DNA of 64,000 bases from positions 4,033 through 68,032 of the forward strand of contig JAJCZQ010000017.1 of NCBI GenBank assembly GCA_029262335.1, given 5' to 3'. The translations under genes and the position numbers were made by a program. Position 1 is the first letter of the stretch; the number at the start of each line of letters is the position of its first letter. The DNA comes from Deltaproteobacteria bacterium (GTDB lineage Bacteria; Desulfobacterota_D; UBA1144; Nemesobacterales; JAJCZQ01). A model generated the notes under the pieces. That model did not search any database. It saw only the letters and a list, made by a program, of their open reading frames with translations, and was not told the origin of the DNA. Below are positions 30,106 to 39,274 of the stretch, one piece after another.

Positions 30106-30603
30106 ATGTTTAATGTATTTATAGGTCTGGGCTCTAACCTTGGCAACAGGACCGAGAACTGCCTTGCAGCTATCGAGCACCTGTCGGACTTTACTATTAT
30201 CAAGTCTGTCTCGTCCTTTTACGAGACAGAACCTGTGGGTAATGAAGACCAGCCGAGGTTTATTAATGCCGTTGCAAAGGTTAATACACTTCTTTCTCCC
30301 CTGAATCTTCTAAACTCTCTTAAGACTGTTGAAAGCCAGCTTGGGCGCGAAAGGAATGAGAAATGGGGCCCAAGGACCATAGACCTCGATATTCTGATAT
30401 ATGAAGATTTTCAGCTGGACTCCCAGGAACTTACAATCCCCCACAAGGAACTTGTAACAAGAAGGTTTATGCTTGAACCGTTATGCGAAATAGAGCCGTG
30501 GCTTGAGCACCCAACTCACAATAAGACCATGAGTACAATCCTCAAAGAGCTTCAGGATGACCGCGAAGTTGTGATTGTCGGTAATTTTTACAAAAACAAT
30601 TAA
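30106..30603 (+). CDS. folK: 2-amino-4-hydroxy-6-hydroxymethyldihydropteridine pyrophosphokinase (HPPK)
   Basis: IGLGSNLGN, ETEPVG, PRTIDLDIL motifs. Confidence 0.9.
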   Translation: MFNVFIGLGSNLGNRTENCLAAIEHLSDFTIIKSVSSFYETEPVGNEDQPRFINAVAKVNTLLSPLNLLNSLKTVESQLGRERNEKWGPRTIDLDILIYEDFQLDSQELTIPHKELVTRRFMLEPLCEIEPWLEHPTHNKTMSTILKELQDDREVVIVGNFYKNN

Positions 30604-30714
30604 CAGTAATCCACAGCTTGTCCACAGCTTTTTAACTAATTATTCACCTGTTAATCCACAATTAATTGCATAATTTTTCTAAAGATGTGCATTCCTTAAT
30701 CAAAACGGCTATTT

Positions 30715-30730
30715 TGGCAGGCAAATTGCA
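30715..30730 (+). promoter_or_regulatory. Sigma-54 (RpoN) -24/-12 promoter element
   Basis: TGGCAG-gcaaa-TTGCA matches the TGGCAC-N5-TTGCA consensus with one mismatch. Lies about 43 nt upstream of the ATG at 30773. Confidence 0.55.
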
Positions 30731-30772
30731 TAGATATTTTAAGTATAGATAAGTTTTTTTAAGGAGAAATGG

Positions 30773-33733
30773 ATGAACCTGATACAATTACCAATACGAA
30801 ATTTATTACTAACTTTATTTACGCTAATCTTCTTTTTAACACTATTTACAATTAACTCTAACTCACAAAGCTGTAATGAAATGAATATACCAATGTGTAC
30901 TGACACCCAGATTGAAAATGATTGTAGTGGGTGTAAAAGTGCAGATCAACAGTACTGCTGTACGGATACAATGGGTTGTAACACTGATTTGACTACAATC
31001 TGTAATCCTCCATGTAATGAAAGTAACATTTGTCAGATGCCTGAAGAATGCACAGGAACCAGCATCCCCGATTGTGCACAGGACTTAACTGATTGTAGTG
31101 TATGTGGTGAAAATGATTTTTGTTGCCCATCCTCAACTGGCGGCACTGCTGCCTGTGGTACAACATTCGATGGTTTATGTAATGGCAATACCTGTACTGA
31201 CCAAAATATATGTAAATATGTGCCGCTTCCCCCTGTACTTGAAAGAGAATTTACATTTATAAATAATTGTAGTGAAACAGTCTGGGTAGGAGCTCTAACC
31301 AACCAGTTTGAAGGCGGTTTCGAACTCACCGGATCCTGCACTATGGATTCTGACTGCATGAATGCCTGTCCTACAATTACAGGAATAAGCAACTGTTCTT
31401 CCTCCTGTTTAAACGGATCATGCACGGTTGAATTTACCGGTAATATTAATACAGCTACTGCAGACAGTATATCAGGAAGGTTCTGGCCAATGACCGGATG
31501 CAGTTTTAATGGTTCTCAGGAATGCGAGGGAACTGACAGGTGCTGTGATACGGGGAGCTGTACTATATCCGGCGGAGGTTTTGGACTTCAGTGCAACAGC
31601 TCCGGGGATTCACCTAACACTGTCGCAGAGTTTACACTTACTTCAGGGGCCAACAATGATTTTTATGATATTAGTTTAATAGACGGATATAACGTGCCGG
31701 TTGAGATGAAGCCTGCCGGAACTGCCGCAGACGCACCGACTGGTTTTGACACTTCTTACTGGTGTGCTAACCCGGGAGGTGTTGAATCAACAATAATTCC
31801 GGAGGTCTGTAACTGGGACACTACTTTCGGTACTGACTGTGCCGGTAACCCTGATTTCAGGACGGTAGGATCACTTCAGACCTGTACTGAGGATTCAGAC
31901 TGTGGTTCAGGAACGTGCAATGTGAGTTCCGGTGTATGCGAATGTAAGGATGATACTGACTGTAATCAAACAGGGAATATATGCGGGGTTCCTGACCCGG
32001 GCTTTACGGGTTTTAAAGCCTGCGGGACTCAGACAGGTTGTACAACGGCAAAAGATATATGCGGCTTGTATTTCGGACAGGGTGAAAAAGGTGATACCTG
32101 CGGACAGGATGAACTTTGCTCAAGTGGTACCTGCCTTGCGCCCAACACTCCGAAAACCTGCATGATGGACAGTGACTGCAATGCTGTTTGTATGAACGGT
32201 ACATGTGAAAATAATAGCAATATAAGCTGTACGCTAGATAGTGAATGCACAGCCAATTGTGTAGATGGGCAATGCTGGAAACCATGCACATTGACAAGTG
32301 ATTGTAATGGTGAGGAAGTATGTGCCGAGGGAGTTTGCCAGTGTATACCTAATGTCTGCAACTCTATGGGTATGTGTACTAATGACGGAGATTCCTGTAC
32401 AACAACTGCAGATTGTACACAGACCTGTGGTGGTTTTTGTACCGAGGGGCCTGCAGATTTTCTTGATTGCAACGAACTTGTAACGACTAATAAACAGGTT
32501 GCATGCTCTGTAGATACGGATTGTCCTGCATTAGTAGGCCTTCCTGCATGTACAACGAATTCCGACTGTCCGGAGAACACTACATGTGAAGATTTTGGTG
32601 CGATGCCGGCTCCGGGACAACCCGAAATTGCAAAAGTATGCAGGCTCACATGTGATACAAATACAGGTTTCTGTTCAGGTCCCACATGTACTGACAACAG
32701 TGACTGTACAGGGATGAGTAACGGTGTAAGCCTGAGCGGAACATTTATGCAGTGTGATACGAGCACCAGTCCAGGCAGCTGCGTTGCAACAAATACAAGC
32801 CTGTATGAAGGTGCCGGTTTAACAGGACAGTCCTGCTATATAAATTATTATGGGGGTTTTGCACCGTCATTATCCTGTAATGGATGCCCGACAGCTTGTG
32901 ATGATCCTCCATGTAATCCGGCACAGGCAGCTAATTCCAAATGGCCTTCACCTGCTACCAATGAGAGTTGTAAAAATACTAATTCGGACTGGGTAAGTGT
33001 TGCGGAACCATTAGTTGAAGGATTCAAGGAAGCATGCCCTTCAGCTTACAGCTTCCCGTTTGACGACCCAACAAGTACTTTCCAGTGTACAAATGATACG
33101 CAGACAAACAGCATGGGGTATGAAATTACTTTTTGTCCCGCGGGAACACCAATACCGCCACCGCCTCCACCTCCGGTAATTGATGATGATACAACGGAAC
33201 CTCCAATAAAAATTAACCCGGGTAGTAACGGGCCGTTTGTTTCGATCGAATTTGATCCCGAACTTGATGGGGGAGGCCAGATTTTTGTAGGCCTTCCGCC
33301 GGGAGTCCTTGCGGAGTTTGCACAGCTGAACCCCGTTGTAGGAGACTGTGAAATAGTAAGCCAGACTGCAAGGGTAACGGACCCAGATGTAATATGCAGG
33401 GTAGATGATTTTCCCGAAAACCTTGATATGCTCATAGAGTTCTGCAAAGAAGCAGATCAGCAGGGTGTTGTTCAGGCCGCTGTTGAGGTACTGAGTGACG
33501 GAATACCCGAAGAAGAATTCAGTAATTTCCTCGACATACTTCTTGATGAGCTGGATTTATGCGCTAGTAATGATGACGATGCAGGTGATGATGGAAGCGG
33601 TGACATTACAACTGGAGATGATACTGGTACCGGTTGTTCGCTGACTCCGGCAGGCAGTGAATCAAACGCCTTGCCTCTACTGCTGTTAATCCCGGCATTT
33701 ATAATTATCAGAAGATTAAGAAATAAAAAGTAG
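30773..33733 (+). CDS. Secreted cysteine-rich thaumatin (PR-5)-like domain protein with C-terminal sorting-signal-like tail
   Basis: Thaumatin blocks: FTFINNCSETVWVGA, GRFWPMTGCSF...CDTGSC...VAEFTL...DFYDISLIDGYNVPVEM, FKEACPSAYSFPFDDPTSTFQC...YEITFCP. Many CTxDSDC modules inserted within domain II. PPPPPPPP linker. C-terminal GCSLTPAG + hydrophobic stretch + RRLRNKK. Confidence 0.8.
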   Translation: MNLIQLPIRNLLLTLFTLIFFLTLFTINSNSQSCNEMNIPMCTDTQIENDCSGCKSADQQYCCTDTMGCNTDLTTICNPPCNESNICQMPEECTGTSIPDCAQDLTDCSVCGENDFCCPSSTGGTAACGTTFDGLCNGNTCTDQNICKYVPLPPVLEREFTFINNCSETVWVGALTNQFEGGFELTGSCTMDSDCMNACPTITGISNCSSSCLNGSCTVEFTGNINTATADSISGRFWPMTGCSFNGSQECEGTDRCCDTGSCTISGGGFGLQCNSSGDSPNTVAEFTLTSGANNDFYDISLIDGYNVPVEMKPAGTAADAPTGFDTSYWCANPGGVESTIIPEVCNWDTTFGTDCAGNPDFRTVGSLQTCTEDSDCGSGTCNVSSGVCECKDDTDCNQTGNICGVPDPGFTGFKACGTQTGCTTAKDICGLYFGQGEKGDTCGQDELCSSGTCLAPNTPKTCMMDSDCNAVCMNGTCENNSNISCTLDSECTANCVDGQCWKPCTLTSDCNGEEVCAEGVCQCIPNVCNSMGMCTNDGDSCTTTADCTQTCGGFCTEGPADFLDCNELVTTNKQVACSVDTDCPALVGLPACTTNSDCPENTTCEDFGAMPAPGQPEIAKVCRLTCDTNTGFCSGPTCTDNSDCTGMSNGVSLSGTFMQCDTSTSPGSCVATNTSLYEGAGLTGQSCYINYYGGFAPSLSCNGCPTACDDPPCNPAQAANSKWPSPATNESCKNTNSDWVSVAEPLVEGFKEACPSAYSFPFDDPTSTFQCTNDTQTNSMGYEITFCPAGTPIPPPPPPPVIDDDTTEPPIKINPGSNGPFVSIEFDPELDGGGQIFVGLPPGVLAEFAQLNPVVGDCEIVSQTARVTDPDVICRVDDFPENLDMLIEFCKEADQQGVVQAAVEVLSDGIPEEEFSNFLDILLDELDLCASNDDDAGDDGSGDITTGDDTGTGCSLTPAGSESNALPLLLLIPAFIIIRRLRNKK

Positions 33734-33735
33734 AA

Positions 33736-33778
33736 TAAAAAAAGGGAGCAATGATTATAGTTCATTGCTCCTTTTTGA
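33736..33778 (+). terminator. Family-B hairpin terminator, copy 5
   Basis: AAAAAAAGGGAGCAATG-attatagtt-CATTGCTCCTTTTT. Confidence 0.75.
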
Positions 33779-33795
33779 GTTTTATCATGTTTTTC

Positions 33796-34092
33796 TTAAC
33801 TCTTATCGCAGTCTGAAAGTTTTTGTGCCACGAGTGAATTTGAAGCGTCTGTAGCAACAAATGGTTTGTAGAAGCATTCTATTTCAGAGTTGTTATTGCT
33901 GAGTTTCTGTACAGCTAATGAATTAGAAGCATCTGTGGCAACAAATGCGTTTGATTCTATACTGGAATTTTCATCCAGCATCTGTACTGCAAGAGAGTTT
34001 GAAGCATCGGTAGCCACGAAAGGTGCTGCATATGAAAATACCGGCATTCCTAGAACAGCAATTAAAGCTAAAATCTTAATATATTTAAACAT
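33796..34092 (-). CDS. Small secreted tandem-repeat protein (3x FVATDASNSLAVQKLS)
   Basis: GGAGG SD, signal peptide MFKYIKILALIAVLGMPVFSYA, then three imperfect roughly 25-aa repeats. Confidence 0.6.
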   Translation of the reverse strand: MFKYIKILALIAVLGMPVFSYAAPFVATDASNSLAVQMLDENSSIESNAFVATDASNSLAVQKLSNNNSEIECFYKPFVATDASNSLVAQKLSDCDKS

Positions 34093-34354
34093 TTTAAAGC
34101 CTCCTGAGTTTTTAGTTACAGTATTATAGTTGCATGTGCAACTATAAGGATTCATAATACTTCAAATTATTTTCAATACCGGAAAATATTCATTAAAAGG
34201 TCTTCAACTCAACTGCTAACTATTTCATATTACTTATTAGAATAAAAACCTGTTATTTCAGAACTTAATTCCCACTAAAATATAAAAATCAGTAGAAACC
34301 GTTAATCCAATAGGCAGACTATGATTTATTGATATCTGTTTTGGAGGACTCAGT

Positions 34355-35458
34355 ATGGCCAGCATTATTAACGATTTTAAAATTGTTGTTTTTATCAGTT
34401 TTATATTAATCGCAATTACATTTTTTAACTGCGGGGGCGATAGTATAGATTCATCCACAAACAGCAGTTCACCGGAACTCAGCAGAATTGACGGACGTGT
34501 TACTGAGGTGCTGGCATTAAAAATAGATGAAAAACAGTCACATTTTGCTGAAATTAAAAATACATTGAGTTTTACCGTGACAGCTACCGCCCAGGGGTCC
34601 TTAGTGGATGGAATTTTAGTTATGGCTATTGGGAATGATTCAAACGGTGAAAAGCTTTTGGACCAGGATACAACAGCCTTTGATGGCAGTTTCAGCCTGT
34701 TTGTCCCGGCCGGGGAAGTTGCTCTGCAGTTTGAAGTTGATAACGAAGTATATGAAAAAGTATTGCAGGTCCCTGAGGAAACCACTGTTGAAATACTGGT
34801 CAGCATAGATAAAGAAGATAAAGTAAACCCGGTTGAAATATCCGGTCCGGATGAAGTTGGCGAAGAGGAAAATACGGAAGATACTATTGATGAAACGGAA
34901 GATAATAGTGAAGACATGAATAATGAAAATGATGTTCCTGAGCCGGAAGATACTAATGACATGCAGGATGAAGATGAGCAGACAGGTAATGATGACGATG
35001 ACAATCAGGGTGATTTTGATCCACCATCTTCGGGAGAAGGGAATATAACTTCGGCAGAATTAGTCTCTTCGGTAAACTCAAGACGGGCCCAGGGGGCAAA
35101 TTGCGGATCCGAAGGGTCATTCGGGCCACAGGGGCCGCTTGGAATAAGTAACTCTCTTGGTGAAGCGGCACTCAGGCATTCAGTAGATATGTCAGAAAAC
35201 AATTTTTTTGAACACCGGGGTTCTGACGGATCAAGCCCTATAGACAGAATGAGGGATGCGGGGTTTGCCGGAAACGGCTGGGGTGAGAATATCTCACGTG
35301 CAAGCTATGAAAGATCAGCCGAGGAAGTAGTAGCAGGCTGGATGACAAGTGACGGGCACTGTTCAAACATTATGACCCCGGGTTTTAATGTCCTGGGTTC
35401 TGCAAAAGCAGCTAACAGCAACTGGGAAAACTGGACACTTAATCTCGGTACTGAGTAA
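34355..35458 (+). CDS. CAP (SCP/PR-1-like, YkwD-type) domain lipoprotein with acidic linker
   Basis: Lipobox FFNCGG. Long D/E-rich linker. C-terminal CAP region (ELVSSVNSRRAQGANCGSEG...EHRGSDGSSPIDRMRDAGF...GENI...AGWMTSDGHCSNIM). Confidence 0.75.
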   Translation: MASIINDFKIVVFISFILIAITFFNCGGDSIDSSTNSSSPELSRIDGRVTEVLALKIDEKQSHFAEIKNTLSFTVTATAQGSLVDGILVMAIGNDSNGEKLLDQDTTAFDGSFSLFVPAGEVALQFEVDNEVYEKVLQVPEETTVEILVSIDKEDKVNPVEISGPDEVGEEENTEDTIDETEDNSEDMNNENDVPEPEDTNDMQDEDEQTGNDDDDNQGDFDPPSSGEGNITSAELVSSVNSRRAQGANCGSEGSFGPQGPLGISNSLGEAALRHSVDMSENNFFEHRGSDGSSPIDRMRDAGFAGNGWGENISRASYERSAEEVVAGWMTSDGHCSNIMTPGFNVLGSAKAANSNWENWTLNLGTE

Positions 35459-35566
35459 ATATAAAATCAGAAGCATTAACTCTGATCTAAACTGAATAGT
35501 TATTCTTAAATTAGTAAAAATAATATATACTTCTAAGGTATTAAAATAGTTTATGGAGGATCATAA

Positions 35567-36556
35567 ATGAGAGTATCATCTTTTTTAATAGCAGTTTCAC
35601 TTTGTTTAAGTTTTACAGTAATTTCAATTCAGGAAAGTTCTTCCCAGGCACTACCTATTGCAGAGTCTGACGCTGCAGGGCCACAGTTGATTGGTTTTTT
35701 TGACCTTAGGGAGAGAGAATCTTTCATGCAGTTAACTAATACCGATAGTGCAGTACAAACAGTACATATTCAGCTTTTCAATGTTAATGACAACTGCAAC
35801 GAAAACAATTTCTTTGATGACTATACCGCTAACGATACACATATATATAATCTGAGAGACATTCAGACTAACGATGGAAACCCACCGGGAGTAGTACTCC
35901 CAGCTGATGCTTATGGAATATTTGTTGCAACTTATGTGAATAAACCAAATGTTATGCAGCCCCCTCTTGCATTAGTAGGAAACCTAAGAGTTATTGACAA
36001 CAGCGGCTACGAATACAGGACAAATCTGCTTAGCTCCCTTGCCTCTGAAATTCAATCAATTTTTGACCCGGTAACCTTCAACTTTAATTCTGAAGCCGGT
36101 GTAACACTTTCAGATGTGATAGGTATTCCACTTGACGATTTAGGTGAATTCGAACTACCTGCTGAAGTGTTTGCAGCTGACGTTACAAATATATGGTTAA
36201 GCTTTGATGTAAATATATTGGATAATATTGAAAATATATTTTCATGCAGGGATATAACATTTGCCTGTGTCAACGATCAGAATCCTTTATTAGAAGAATT
36301 GTTGGCTGCATCACAAACCAGTGTTGCGAGCTTTGAATACGGTATCAACAATGCAATACCTCACAGCAAGGGTGGAGAACTTCTTTGTCCTGGTAATACA
36401 ATATCCGAAGGGGTTGTTACACTAACAAATATTGACGTTGGATTTGAATCACAACCTACTTACTTTATTTTTGTAGGTCTTAACAATGGAAACGGCAGGG
36501 GTAGTCTGGATGTAATCTGGAACGATCAGATACCTGATATGATGGGTGGTGGTTAA
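35567..36556 (+). CDS. Secreted protein, novel paralogous family, member 4
   Basis: FFDLRERESFMQLTN, NDNCNENNFFD, NDTHIYNLRDIQTNDGNPPGVVLP, GYEYRTN, FSCRDITFACVNDQNPLLEE, FEYGINNAIPHSKGGELLCPGN, GLNNGNGRGS. Confidence 0.85.
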   Translation: MRVSSFLIAVSLCLSFTVISIQESSSQALPIAESDAAGPQLIGFFDLRERESFMQLTNTDSAVQTVHIQLFNVNDNCNENNFFDDYTANDTHIYNLRDIQTNDGNPPGVVLPADAYGIFVATYVNKPNVMQPPLALVGNLRVIDNSGYEYRTNLLSSLASEIQSIFDPVTFNFNSEAGVTLSDVIGIPLDDLGEFELPAEVFAADVTNIWLSFDVNILDNIENIFSCRDITFACVNDQNPLLEELLAASQTSVASFEYGINNAIPHSKGGELLCPGNTISEGVVTLTNIDVGFESQPTYFIFVGLNNGNGRGSLDVIWNDQIPDMMGGG

Positions 36557-36571
36557 TAACTAAAAAATCAG

Positions 36572-36612
36572 AAAAAGGGGCAATATTCTTATCATTGCTC
36601 CCCTAATTCTTT
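36572..36612 (+). terminator. Family-B hairpin terminator, copy 6
   Basis: AAAAAGGGGCAAT-attcttatc-ATTGCTCCCC followed by T-rich sequence, with a bulged stem. Confidence 0.6.
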
Positions 36613-36621
36613 TTAGTTTTT

Positions 36622-37476
36622 TTATTTCCCTGCCGAAAGCTTAGCTGACTCGAGTGTGTTCCAGAGCAGCATTGTTATTGTCATTGGGCCTACGCCTCCG
36701 GGTACAGGAGTTATGTATGAAACCTTGTCAGAAAGGTTTGCAAAGTCCACGTCACCTGTGAGCTTGCCTTCTTCGTTCCTGTTTATTCCAACATCAATTA
36801 CAACCGCGCCGTCTTTTACCATGTCTGCTGTAATAAAATTTGCCCTTCCGATAGCAGCCACGAGTATATCAGCACGCCTTGTAACTTCCCCAAGGTCTTT
36901 TGTGCGTGAATGGCATGTTGTTACGGTTGCGTGCCTGTGAAGAAGGAGCATACCTACAGGTTTGCCCACAATGTTGCTTCTTCCAACAACTACAGCCTCT
37001 GCGCCTTTTATTTCAATATTGTAGTAGTCAAGCATCTTGATAATGCCGTAAGGGGTGCAGGAAATAAATCTTGGGTTTCCTTCCACAAGCCTACCTACAT
37101 TTTCAGGATGAAAACCGTCCACGTCTTTAAGGGGGGTTACGTTTCTAAGTATGTTTGTTTCATTTATATGGTCCGGCAGCGGGAGCTGTACGAGTATGCC
37201 GTGAATTTTGTCATCATTGTTTAATTTGTTTACAAGTGCAAGAAGTTCTTCCTCGGTAGTTTCAGCCGGCAGTTTGTGCTCTTCGGAATATATTCCGACC
37301 TTTTCGCATGCTTTTCTTTTATTTCTCACATAGATTTCTGAAGCAGGGTCATCACCAACGAGTACCGCAGCAAGTCCCGGTGTGATACCACTGCTGCTTT
37401 TAAGTTCTTCGACTCCTTTGGCAATTTCCTCGCGTGTATCTTCAGATACTTTTTTACCATCAATTAACTCAGACAT
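36622..37476 (-). CDS. folD: Bifunctional methylenetetrahydrofolate dehydrogenase/cyclohydrolase
   Basis: [33 protein letters not shown] and [15 protein letters not shown] motifs. Confidence 0.92.
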   Translation of the reverse strand: MSELIDGKKVSEDTREEIAKGVEELKSSSGITPGLAAVLVGDDPASEIYVRNKRKACEKVGIYSEEHKLPAETTEEELLALVNKLNNDDKIHGILVQLPLPDHINETNILRNVTPLKDVDGFHPENVGRLVEGNPRFISCTPYGIIKMLDYYNIEIKGAEAVVVGRSNIVGKPVGMLLLHRHATVTTCHSRTKDLGEVTRRADILVAAIGRANFITADMVKDGAVVIDVGINRNEEGKLTGDVDFANLSDKVSYITPVPGGVGPMTITMLLWNTLESAKLSAGK

Positions 37477-37561
37477 ATTAGACAGGCCCTCCTGGATTTA
37501 TTAAGGTTTTAAATATAATTTATTTTTATTTTTTATTCTATATGCTTTAGTAATAAATATT

Positions 37562-38008
37562 ATGAGCAGAATAAATATCCCGCCATTTTATCTTCTGATT
37601 TCAATAATTGCATTATTTGTCCTTAACTATTTAATACCAATTATGGCCCTGTTTTATCCACCATTTAATTATTTTGGGGTAGTTATTATTTTTGTTGGGC
37701 TCGCGGTGATACTTTGGCATGCCGACTATTTTAAAAGACACAATACTCCTATTAAACCATTCGAGCCTTCCACGTTTCTAATCAAAGAGGGGTTGTATAA
37801 ATATAGCCGAAATCCAATTTACCTGTGTATGGGGATAATACTGTTTGGGGGTGCAATGCTGCTCGGGACTCTTTCCCCTTTTGTAGTTGTCCCTGTGTTT
37901 ATTGTTGTAATTGAAAGAAAGTTTATTGTTAAGGAAGAGGGGTTTCTTGAAAATATATTCGGAAATGATTACCTGGAATATAAAAAATCTGTAAGAAGGT
38001 GGCTATAA
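37562..38008 (+). CDS. Isoprenylcysteine carboxyl methyltransferase (ICMT/PEMT)-family membrane protein
   Basis: Multi-TM. YSRNPIYLCMGIILFG and E..F..EE..L motif typical of ICMT-like methyltransferases. Confidence 0.6.
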   Translation: MSRINIPPFYLLISIIALFVLNYLIPIMALFYPPFNYFGVVIIFVGLAVILWHADYFKRHNTPIKPFEPSTFLIKEGLYKYSRNPIYLCMGIILFGGAMLLGTLSPFVVVPVFIVVIERKFIVKEEGFLENIFGNDYLEYKKSVRRWL

Positions 38009-38012
38009 GAGA

Positions 38013-38591
38013 ATGAAAAATAATGCCGGTTTATACTATGTTATTCTTGCTTTATGGCTGGTTGCCGCAGCAGCAGTGGGGCATCTGGGCCTTTTGAATA
38101 AAGTAAGGCCGCCTCTGATAATACCGGCACTGGTACTGCTGCTTGTTGTATTTTATCTCACTGCACCATCTTTCAGAATTTGGCTAAATTCAATCTCTCT
38201 AAATGCTCTGGTATCAATACACCTCATTCGTTTTATAGGATTTTATTTTTTATATCTATACGGAAAAGGACTGCTTCCATATGAATTCGCGGTATACGGA
38301 GGCTGGGGAGATATCGTAGTAGCAGCTCTTGCACTGATTATATTAATTTTAAGTGCCGAGGGAATAATTAAAAATTATAAATATTTTAATAACTGGAACC
38401 TTATAGGCCTGGTAGATATTCTTTTTGTGGTCTCAACTGCAGCAAGGCTGTATAAAGCAGACCCCGCGTCTATGTCAGAGCTTACGCATCTGCCCCTAAG
38501 CCTGCTCCCGACTTTTATTGTGCCTTTAATTATATTTTCACACCTTCTAATATATTTCCGCTTAAGAAAGAAAAGGTTATCTGTGGTTTAG
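38013..38591 (+). CDS. Polytopic membrane protein (hypothetical)
   Basis: About 6 TM segments. No recognised motif. Confidence 0.4.
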   Translation: MKNNAGLYYVILALWLVAAAAVGHLGLLNKVRPPLIIPALVLLLVVFYLTAPSFRIWLNSISLNALVSIHLIRFIGFYFLYLYGKGLLPYEFAVYGGWGDIVVAALALIILILSAEGIIKNYKYFNNWNLIGLVDILFVVSTAARLYKADPASMSELTHLPLSLLPTFIVPLIIFSHLLIYFRLRKKRLSVV

Positions 38592-39263
38592 GTAATACCT
38601 GGAAAGCACTTCGGGGGACCACCCAAAAAAGTAGGCTGTCCTCATCATGCTGATATTAAGTACTGTCTTAAATACACCGCCTCGCTCAAACCTCCTTACG
38701 CTCGTAAGTACATAGTGGTCAATTCTTTTGCCAACTGATATTTCCTTTAATTTTTTGACAAGCTCTACATCTTCCATGATCGGGATGTCCGGGTATCCGC
38801 CTATTTTGTTAAAGTTTTCCCTTTTTACGAAGATGCCGTGGTCCCCGAGCGGTTCCTGTACCAGTTTGGTCCTGTATGAGGCAAGTGTTTCAAGGACCCT
38901 GTAAATAAACTTTGGGGAATCAAGTTTTATGGAAAACCAGCCCCAGTTAAGACTGTTTTCCTTTATCTCTCTTCTGAGCTTATTAATCCCTGTTGCATCA
39001 ATGCTTGTGTCAGCATGCAGGAAAAAAAGATATTCCTTACCTGACTCGCTTGCGCCCCTGTTCATCTGGACGGCCCTTCCCCTTTTGCTTTCCCTGATAA
39101 GGATTACCTCTTTGAACTTCATCACCTTATCAGCTGTATCGTCTTCACTGCCCCCATCGACAACTATTACTTCATCATCAGTTGAAATTAAGGAAAGTAG
39201 TTTACGGATATTATGTTCAATTGTATTTGATTCGTTGTATGTCGGAATTATAAAGGAGATCAT
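38577..39263 (-). CDS. Family 2 glycosyltransferase
   Basis: MISFIIPTYNE start (ATG 39263) preferred over the 39425 extension that overlaps thiD. DGGSEDDT motif. Confidence 0.75.
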   Translation of the reverse strand: MISFIIPTYNESNTIEHNIRKLLSLISTDDEVIVVDGGSEDDTADKVMKFKEVILIRESKRGRAVQMNRGASESGKEYLFFLHADTSIDATGINKLRREIKENSLNWGWFSIKLDSPKFIYRVLETLASYRTKLVQEPLGDHGIFVKRENFNKIGGYPDIPIMEDVELVKKLKEISVGKRIDHYVLTSVRRFERGGVFKTVLNISMMRTAYFFGWSPEVLSRYYLNHR

Positions 39264-39274
39264 TGCTGACTCTT

